Positions 57,375-64,000 of a DNA stretch of 64,000 bases are shown here, piece by piece (position 1 is the first letter of the stretch; every line of letters begins with the position of its first letter). The stretch is taken from NCBI GenBank assembly GCA_964458565.1, contig CAYWJO010000003.1:78675-142674 (forward strand). Reading direction: 5' to 3'. This DNA comes from an uncultured archaeon. Its GTDB lineage: Archaea; Asgardarchaeota; Thorarchaeia; Thorarchaeales; Thorarchaeaceae. The notes below the pieces were generated by a model, which was not told the origin of the DNA, searched no databases, and saw nothing but the letters and a program-made list of their open reading frames with translations. A program made the translations under genes and the position numbers.

Positions 57375-59711
57375 TTATTTCTTTCCCCCTCTCAAACCAG
57401 GGAACCAATACTTCGTTCCACCTGAGAAACTCTTCTGCAGTTTTGCCACTCCACGTTGTATGAGTAGTTCCAGAGTATTCATCACACGTTCTTCAGTCCA
57501 ACCTAAAGTTAGTACTGCTTCCTCTATAGTGAGACCACCTTCATGATCTGCAGCAATCTCTAGTATCTGGTGCGGGTCATCAGTAAGAGCAACGGGAATG
57601 AATTGAGCAATTCGTGCTCCGGATAATGTCGAAGTGATGCCTTCGATCAATCCATCTCGTTTCATATCGTCTAATATTGTATCGATCTCATCAGGTACGG
57701 TATCCCATCCTTGCTCATCAAGCTCAACCAAAAGATCTGAGAGAAGCATGATACCACCAGATTGTTTGGAGTCCTCAGCAATTCTGAGAATATCGCGTCT
57801 GATACCATCAGTCCTATCATCACGTTTCAATAACCGCTTAACCATACCTTTGCGAGTTTTTGCCTGAGATATCCAGTTTTCCGGATCATATCCAAGCTCA
57901 ATAAGCAACTCTTTCAAAGCACTACGATATGCAGGAATACTCAGGAGTGTTGGGCCATGTTTCTGAAATGCATTCCACAATCTGGACCTTACTGAATCAA
58001 TACGACCAGCCCTCTTAACAAGTCGGTCGAGAACAAGTTCTAGTCGCTCTTCGGAGGGCATTGGTTTTAGTGTTATAGGGATAACTGCATCCTGAACTGT
58101 GTCTATCGTAAACTCAATCGATGAGTCGAGGAACCCGAATGCACTCACAGTTCCGCTATATCTTCCTGGTAGAAGTGATGCTTTTACAATTCCAGTTGAT
58201 AGTGATTGAAATCGTTGAGAACCAAATACAATATTAGCCTCATCGATGGGTTGTCCTTCCTCGTCCATTAGATGAAACCTAACATTGCACATTGTATCAT
58301 CAGGACCTATTACTTGAGCTTTCATACTATCAGGAAGGTCGATCTCAGGGATACCATAGAGAACAGACTTCAGGCTTTCGTATAAATCAAGTTTTGCAAA
58401 ACCATCGGCAACTAGACCATTTCCGCCTTCACGAATAATTTGGCGACCTATCTTCAATGATAAGAGATTGAGTGTTTCTGACTCAAGACGCACATGTTTT
58501 CGCAATGCTACATCAGTTGACATCCGTTCAGATACACGTTCTTTCAACCCACTGAGTAGAATCGAAGATTCGGTAAAAGGATTAACAAAATCCTTACGAC
58601 GACTCACTCGTTCATCAGTGAATGTAAGATGCGATGGAGGAGTTATCTCCACTTCGAGTTTACCTCTACGAGTGAATCCCACCAGGATAAATGGCACTAG
58701 AAGTATATTCCCTTTTGATGAGAGGTCAACAGAAACACAGGGTGTCGAGATGGAGTCACCCTGGATTTTCAATTCACGGATGACTTTCCTGCTCCACTCC
58801 ATTTTCTCATCCAGTATAGCTAGCTGTTCATCGAATTTTTCCCTTAACCTCAGTGATTTTGCAATGAAACTTGACCTACGTTCTTCGTCACGTTTCAAGG
58901 CGGTCTTTCGGGCTTTCAGCGTCGAAGCGGATTCCTTTGTCTTCTCTTGTGTGTATCTGATTTCAAGATTTGCAACCTCTTGTTCTAAATGTGAGATTCT
59001 TAGTTCTAGCCGATCTAACTGAGATTTTACCTCATTTTCAAGAGACGCTATCTGTTGCTGAGTGATATTGGTAAGCACACGCCTTGCACGGGAATAGGTT
59101 TCATCAGCAATATGGAGGTAACGAAGCGTTGAATTCAATAGAGAGCCCAAGGTTGTCATATCTGGAAATTCGCTACCTGTAGAAAGAATGAAAGAGTACG
59201 GTTCAACATTGTCAATCGTTGGCCATTCCAATAACTCATGTGGACTTGAATCGTGATTTTTAGAGATTAAACCAGCTATCGACACTTGACGTTTCTCATC
59301 CAAGAGATCCAATGTTTCTTGAAAGAGTGCGATTGCATTTAGTACATCCTCTTCAGTATTAATATCCTCAAGAAAATCAAGAAGTTCATCCAAACGGCTA
59401 TCTTGAAGAGGTGTCAATTCCGATGAAACAAGACCTAGGTGTTCAACGAACGAAACACGATTAGCATCACGAATCTGTATTATCCTGATAGGTAAGTATG
59501 CTTTCAGGACAAACTCCAAATCCCGACCATTTAGGTCCTGAAAAGCCTTTAATACTACAGCTGCAATGAAATAATCATCAGGAACCGCTTGCTGAACAAT
59601 TGGTCCCCCCTCTAATCGATGAGTGCCTGTTGTCATGACAGGTACGATTAGATTGAAATGATTGAGTTCCATTGGGAGTCCCTCAGTGCACTGTTCGTGT
59701 ATGCTTTTCAT
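57375..59711 (-). CDS. large cytoplasmic coiled-coil protein with C-terminal beta-sandwich and tandem winged-helix-like region, unknown function
   Basis: 778 aa with no TM segment. Central heptad-rich segment (about aa 215-300: ...LENEVKSQLDRLELRISHLEQEVANLEIRY...). Sits 100 bp downstream of flotillin on the same strand. Confidence 0.55.
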   Translation of the reverse strand: MKSIHEQCTEGLPMELNHFNLIVPVMTTGTHRLEGGPIVQQAVPDDYFIAAVVLKAFQDLNGRDLEFVLKAYLPIRIIQIRDANRVSFVEHLGLVSSELTPLQDSRLDELLDFLEDINTEEDVLNAIALFQETLDLLDEKRQVSIAGLISKNHDSSPHELLEWPTIDNVEPYSFILSTGSEFPDMTTLGSLLNSTLRYLHIADETYSRARRVLTNITQQQIASLENEVKSQLDRLELRISHLEQEVANLEIRYTQEKTKESASTLKARKTALKRDEERRSSFIAKSLRLREKFDEQLAILDEKMEWSRKVIRELKIQGDSISTPCVSVDLSSKGNILLVPFILVGFTRRGKLEVEITPPSHLTFTDERVSRRKDFVNPFTESSILLSGLKERVSERMSTDVALRKHVRLESETLNLLSLKIGRQIIREGGNGLVADGFAKLDLYESLKSVLYGIPEIDLPDSMKAQVIGPDDTMCNVRFHLMDEEGQPIDEANIVFGSQRFQSLSTGIVKASLLPGRYSGTVSAFGFLDSSIEFTIDTVQDAVIPITLKPMPSEERLELVLDRLVKRAGRIDSVRSRLWNAFQKHGPTLLSIPAYRSALKELLIELGYDPENWISQAKTRKGMVKRLLKRDDRTDGIRRDILRIAEDSKQSGGIMLLSDLLVELDEQGWDTVPDEIDTILDDMKRDGLIEGITSTLSGARIAQFIPVALTDDPHQILEIAADHEGGLTIEEAVLTLGWTEERVMNTLELLIQRGVAKLQKSFSGGTKYWFPGLRGGKK

Positions 59712-59811
59712 CCTTTCTCATTAGGCGCGAATAAACACGAAAGAATGTTCAAAGCTTAAAAAAGGAAATATCAGCCCGACATTTTTGCCGGGCTGTCAGG
59801 GAGAAGGTAAT

Positions 59812-61146
59812 TTACTTCTCATCTGGAGCCGCTAATTCACCTAACGACTCCTTCATCAGACCTTTCATGTCGAAACCCATCATTTTCGCCATCATGAGCA
59901 TCGGGAGAAGGACATTTCCAAACACCTGGAATGCGCCAGCACCGGCACCTTCACCTTCTTCACCACTACCACCTGCACCACCACCAAACAGTGTGACATC
60001 ACCGATATCAATCTGCTCGTAGATCTTAGGTAGCATTTGGAGGAAATCACGAGCGAAAGCCTGTGGGGAATAGTCCCGTGCTGCTTCGAGAGTTTTCTTG
60101 ATACCTTCAGCTTCAGCCGTTGTAATCTTACGAATCTTATCAGCTTCAGATGCAGCTACCACACTAATCTTTTCAGCTTCAGCTTGGGCCTCTTGAAGGA
60201 TACTCTGAGCTCTGACTTCAACCTCTTGCTTAATCTTTCTCTGCTTCTCAGCTTCAGCCGCGAACTTAGCAACCTCAAGGTCCTTTGAAGCCTCAACCTC
60301 AGCCTTTTGCTTCTCATAGCGTTTCTGCATCAAATCTTTCTGAAGCTCAATCTCCAGAACACTCTGTTCACGTTGCTTCTCAGCTTCCTGAATAGCACGA
60401 AATTGTGACTGTTCCTTTACACCGACTTCTTTATCACGTTCGATCTCCTGTTGTTTGAGTAATTTGCTTCTTTCGATATCTTTTAGGCCAGTTTCCTGTT
60501 CAGCTTCAATAAGAGCAATCTGTGCTTTTCTGTGCATTTCAGCCTCACGTGGTTTAGACATATCACTAAGAAAAGCATCATTGACCACAACAACATCAAC
60601 GAGTTCTACAGTGACTACTTTCAAACCCCATTCACTTACTATGTCAGTCAGTTCTTTCTTGATAGCCTCAATAATTAACTGTCGCTCTTCCAATATCTCC
60701 TCAACAGCAAGTTGTGCACAGGCAGTACGTATGACTGATTCAATGATAGCTGTAAGACGCGCAGGGATTTCACTCCACTTCACGTTGTTAATTGTGGCAA
60801 TAGCATTCTCAGCTTGCCACTGAAGTACAGCGCTAAGTTTAATCTTCTGTTTCTCTTTTGAAAGGACAGACTCAGCTGAAATATTAAGCTGTTGTACCGT
60901 CCTGTCTACTGCAAGAATACGGTCCAAAAAAGGAATCCGAACAACCATACCACCTTCGCCTTGCTTGATGGCTTTACCTCTTCTAAGATGCACATAGAAG
61001 ATGTTAGGGTCAAAGATACGTACGTATTTCTTAACGTAGAGAGCGAGTAATAACACACTTAGGACGATTGTCACAAATATCAGGGTACCAAGATTTTCTG
61101 CCAACCAATCCGTCCATCCCGCTTGCATTTGTTTTTCTACTCTCAC
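59812..61146 (-). CDS. flotillin-like SPFH/band-7 protein
   Basis: 444 aa. N-terminal TM anchor, SPFH domain, long Ala/Glu/Gln-rich coiled-coil (EA repeats) and a Gly-rich C-terminus. This is canonical flotillin architecture. Confidence 0.8.
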   Translation of the reverse strand: MRVEKQMQAGWTDWLAENLGTLIFVTIVLSVLLLALYVKKYVRIFDPNIFYVHLRRGKAIKQGEGGMVVRIPFLDRILAVDRTVQQLNISAESVLSKEKQKIKLSAVLQWQAENAIATINNVKWSEIPARLTAIIESVIRTACAQLAVEEILEERQLIIEAIKKELTDIVSEWGLKVVTVELVDVVVVNDAFLSDMSKPREAEMHRKAQIALIEAEQETGLKDIERSKLLKQQEIERDKEVGVKEQSQFRAIQEAEKQREQSVLEIELQKDLMQKRYEKQKAEVEASKDLEVAKFAAEAEKQRKIKQEVEVRAQSILQEAQAEAEKISVVAASEADKIRKITTAEAEGIKKTLEAARDYSPQAFARDFLQMLPKIYEQIDIGDVTLFGGGAGGSGEEGEGAGAGAFQVFGNVLLPMLMMAKMMGFDMKGLMKESLGELAAPDEK

Positions 61147-61367
61147 CTTTGTATTAGCATGAATCTTCTTTCCTCTGATGTTTTTCTGAAGACAATGATA
61201 TTAGAATCATCATCTGTTTTGCTTTGGCCAACCCCCTCACCCAGTTTTTTGAACGGGGTATCGATTTGTTGGCCTCAGATTGCACCGAGGACAGACATAT
61301 TCATGTAGTTCTTGTATTGAAGCAATATAAAGCTGCGCAGGGATTTTGGAAGTAATTTCACAAGATT

Positions 61368-63263
61368 TCAAGTCTTTCTTGCTTTAACTGTAAGAACCAC
61401 TATAATCAATATAACAACGATTGAACCAATAGTGATTACCACTGACATAAATTCCCACAATTGATAATCACTTGCATTGTTCGCAGTTGTTGAAGTTGTT
61501 GATGTTGTTGATGATGAGTGTGTGGAACTCGTTGAAGAACTGCTCGTTTCAGATGAAGTCGGATTTGATGTGGAAGATGAAACGAATTCATTATTTCGGA
61601 AAAGCCAAGGAAACCAGAGATTAGTGATGTCACCTATTATGCCATCAATCTTCGGTTCCGAAACAATATAAGTACGACCTTGCCAGAGGGGGATTATTGA
61701 ACATTCAGAGGCTTGAAGATCCTGTAAAGCATGATAAGCTGCTCGCGCCTCACTGATCGTGTTCGCAGACCGACCCTCGAGCCAGAGTGAATACTGTGCA
61801 ACGCCCCCTGCAGGATATGTTAAATTATATCCTAGATTCAACCATGAGGCGAATGGAAGAAATCCAAAATTATCTGCATGAGATATATCAGGGTACCATC
61901 CATACATGAATACTGGCATCAGGCCTTCATTTCTATACATCCTGTAGGTAGGCCAATCTACACCAGTCAAATCAACCGAGATAACTCCACTAGCCTCCAG
62001 ACTATCTTCGTAAACCAGTGCCTGTTCTGTACTTTGCGGATAATGACTTGAGGTTTCGAAGTAGAGATTCACATTCAACTTATTCGTTTCATTATAACCA
62101 TACATACCCAGCACCAAACGTGTGTATGTATAATTTGCCTCACCAAACACCTCGAAAGATGGTTTGTGATATTCTAATCCGGCGGGGATAACACTATACA
62201 ATGGATCAACGGTATCATGAAACACGGTGTTTGCTAGGTATGTTCTATTAAACGCTGCAGCAATACCTTGCCGAATCAATGTTTCATTGTAAGGGTAGAA
62301 ATCTTGGTTGAAACATAAAAATTGGATTTTAGGATTGAGATATTGCCAGACACGAAAATCAGGATTTGTCATAAATGATTGAATTTGGGGAATAGAAAGT
62401 TCTCTATAAGCTATATCAATTTCACCTGCCATTAGTGCCGCTGCAAGTGCTATATCCGAAGAGTAGAATTGAATTATAATAGAGTCCACCATCTCATCAG
62501 AAACATTCCAATAACCAGGGTTTTTAGCAAGCCTCATCATGCTATCAGATCCACCAACCCGAGTCCAGTTACTCAATAGGTAAGGTCCTAGAGCATTTGG
62601 ATGACTTGCACGGGCATCACCTTCCGCAAAATGAACAAAATCATCAATTGGGGCATATTCTGGATCTACGATGAAAGATGCGGGACAGCTAAGAAGTTGT
62701 AGGAATGGAAAATAAGGAAGACTGAGATTGAATCTAACGGTGTATTCAGACACAACCACAATTTCATTGATGATTTCTGCATAACCTATATTCAATTGAG
62801 GACCATCCTCAAGAGCCAAGCCAATATTTCTATCAAATGAATATTTTACACATGATGCATTGAAAGGAGCCCCACTCTCAAAAACAATATTATCACGGAG
62901 ATTGAAATCCCAAATCAACCCACTACCGTCCACAGTCCAAGATTCTGCTAAAGAGGGAATAATATCATCGAGACCAGCTTGAGACCCAGGCCTGATTTGC
63001 ACAAGTCCTGAGCTAAGCGTTTGTATCATTTGCCAACCAAAGAGATCATAGGATTGAGCAGGGTCCAGACTAAATTCAACACTATGTGTTGTTCCAATGA
63101 TTATCGATGAATTAGTAGATACCATCTCTCTCTGGAAAATACCTGACATGTCTTGTGTCGTAATTTGTAGACCAGATGTAGTCACCACGAGAGCCAAGGA
63201 AAGAACTAAGAACAGAGTTGACCACTTTTTCAAAGTCAAACAACCTCCATTAAACCAACGCAA
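61368..63263 (-). CDS. ABC-transporter solute-binding protein, family 5 (peptide/nickel type), with C-terminal Ser/Thr-rich linker and TM anchor
   Basis: 631 aa. Signal peptide, family-5 SBP-like core, then SSSTSNPTSSETSSSSTSSTHSSSTTSTTSTT and a hydrophobic C-terminal helix. This is an archaeal-style membrane anchor. No permease or ATPase genes are adjacent. Confidence 0.7.
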   Translation of the reverse strand: MRWFNGGCLTLKKWSTLFLVLSLALVVTTSGLQITTQDMSGIFQREMVSTNSSIIIGTTHSVEFSLDPAQSYDLFGWQMIQTLSSGLVQIRPGSQAGLDDIIPSLAESWTVDGSGLIWDFNLRDNIVFESGAPFNASCVKYSFDRNIGLALEDGPQLNIGYAEIINEIVVVSEYTVRFNLSLPYFPFLQLLSCPASFIVDPEYAPIDDFVHFAEGDARASHPNALGPYLLSNWTRVGGSDSMMRLAKNPGYWNVSDEMVDSIIIQFYSSDIALAAALMAGEIDIAYRELSIPQIQSFMTNPDFRVWQYLNPKIQFLCFNQDFYPYNETLIRQGIAAAFNRTYLANTVFHDTVDPLYSVIPAGLEYHKPSFEVFGEANYTYTRLVLGMYGYNETNKLNVNLYFETSSHYPQSTEQALVYEDSLEASGVISVDLTGVDWPTYRMYRNEGLMPVFMYGWYPDISHADNFGFLPFASWLNLGYNLTYPAGGVAQYSLWLEGRSANTISEARAAYHALQDLQASECSIIPLWQGRTYIVSEPKIDGIIGDITNLWFPWLFRNNEFVSSSTSNPTSSETSSSSTSSTHSSSTTSTTSTTANNASDYQLWEFMSVVITIGSIVVILIIVVLTVKARKT

Positions 63264-63336
63264 GAAAAATTATCGTTCTGCTGCTTTTACGTTTTTTGGA
63301 AGGAGTGGATAACCCATTTTTCAAAAAGATAGGCGG

Positions 63337-64000
63337 CTATCCTTCAGGTTCCTTACCACTCTGTTTTTGCTGCCCCTTTGCAATTTCCTCTCTGGGATCT
63401 ACAAACACAACCTTTTCATTTGCAGATACGACATAGAGCCACTCTCCTTTCTGAAACGTATCGCCTGTCTGGAGTGGTCTTGCCTGAAAACGTCGAAGAC
63501 CCATCTCGGTCTCAGCTCTTACTTCCCCAAATCCTGACCATATTGTTGATACTGCTTCTACTTTTCTTCCGACTATATGTCTGGGCTCGATAAGAAATCC
63601 AGATTCAACCATGAATTTACCTAATATAGTCCGGAAAGTCCACACCATTGCAACAGTAGCTCCTACATGGACTAATACCTTTGCAAGGAATGGCAACAAA
63701 ATGCCTGGGTAGTAGACGACAGACCCGAAGAGTCCAAAACTTACTAGTGATGTGCCAATTGTCACTCCAAGTGGAGGGCCCCGTGCGAATTCAAAGAATC
63801 CAGATTGGGGCTCGCCATGATCAAAATCAATATCGTGTTCTACATCATGATGAACATCGTGGTCATGATCGGGATGAGAGTCAACATCATGGTCCACATC
63901 GTGATCGTAATCATGTTCGACCTCATGAGAGACATCATGGTCATAATCGTGATCGTAATCATGTTCGACCTCATGAGAGACATCATGGTCATAATCGTGA
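63337..64000 (-). CDS. NfeD-like membrane protein (OB-fold C-terminus), 5'-partial, with N-terminal His/Asp-rich repeat region
   Basis: Track ORF is 63337..63897 (GTG start), but the frame stays open to the window end. Two TM helices, then a beta-rich C-terminus (GRKVEAVSTI...GEVRAE...GEWLYVVSANEKVVFV) typical of NfeD short forms. Upstream codons continue ...HDYDHDVSHEVEHDYDHD. Confidence 0.6.
   Translation of the reverse strand, partial: HDYDHDVSHEVEHDYDHDYDHDVSHEVEHDYDHDVDHDVDSHPDHDHDVHHDVEHDIDFDHGEPQSGFFEFARGPPLGVTIGTSLVSFGLFGSVVYYPGILLPFLAKVLVHVGATVAMVWTFRTILGKFMVESGFLIEPRHIVGRKVEAVSTIWSGFGEVRAETEMGLRRFQARPLQTGDTFQKGEWLYVVSANEKVVFVDPREEIAKGQQKQSGKEPEG
63903..63998. repeat. two perfect tandem copies of a 48-bp unit (gatcgtaatcatgttcgacctcatgagagacatcatggtcataatcgt), running to the window edge
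   Basis: Read directly: 63903..63950 equals 63951..63998. Degenerate related units occur at 63841..63902. The unit encodes the 16-aa HD-rich repeat HDYDHDVSHEVEHDYD in the NfeD-like gene. Confidence 0.85.

Noticed and set aside
57375-59711. Idea that the 778-aa protein is an ESCRT-II (Vps22/EAP30-like) homolog because of tandem winged-helix-like C-terminal segments
   Set aside because: Similarity is only impressionistic. The size and architecture differ (ESCRT-II subunits are about 250 aa), and the neighbourhood lacks Vps25, ESCRT-III or Vps4. Kept only as something to test by structure search.
61436-61671. ORFs 61436..61633 (-) and 61477..61671 (+) with His/Gln- or Val/Glu-rich low-complexity translations
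   Set aside because: They overlap the Ser/Thr-rich linker-coding part of the SBP gene. The low-complexity DNA yields long ORFs in several frames.
1-64000. CRISPR arrays, rRNA/tRNA genes, transposases/integrases
   Set aside because: No regularly spaced direct repeats with unique spacers, no rRNA-like conserved blocks, no tRNA-like structures in intergenic regions and no transposase or integrase-like ORFs were seen on inspection.

Overview
Archaeal chromosomal segment, AT-rich and densely coded. Assignment to Archaea rests on an HMf-type histone, archaeal/eukaryotic-type class I GluRS, Orc1/Cdc6-like and RadB-like proteins, THUMP-ThiI, and TATA-like AT boxes with oligo-T terminators. Housekeeping and metabolic genes are confident: malic enzyme, two tandem Bcp/PrxQ peroxiredoxins, a nitroreductase-family protein, a GlcF-like Fe-S/CCG protein plus GlcD-like FAD oxidase pair, GcvH, ThiI, hydantoinase/oxoprolinase A and B subunits, a GNAT acetyltransferase and GluRS. 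The window is dominated by two paralogous giant membrane-anchored surface proteins of about 3160 aa and 5599 aa, together about 26 kb. Each has a signal peptide, DUF2341-like plus LamG (ConA-like) module(s), long arrays of Ig-like beta-sandwich repeats, a single C-terminal TM helix, and a strongly conserved cytoplasmic tail of about 230 aa. Each giant gene converges on a small plus-strand gene for a catalytically degenerate P-loop ATPase: an Orc1/Cdc6-like protein with Walker A Lys changed to Ala, and a RadB/RecA-like protein with the Walker A GKT lost. Two tandem paralogous membrane proteins combine an M28-peptidase-like domain (metal ligands partly substituted) with an array of DxDxDG calcium-binding repeats, and share a nucleotide-identical tract of about 460 bp. 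A minus-strand cluster encodes an NfeD-like protein with a His/Asp-rich perfect 48-bp tandem repeat, a family-5 solute-binding protein, flotillin (SPFH), a 778-aa coiled-coil protein and a DUF457-like membrane hydrolase. No rRNA, tRNA, CRISPR array or transposase was found by eye. All coordinates derive from the supplied ORF track plus manual inspection. That track accepts GTG/TTG as starts, so several 5' ends are uncertain.
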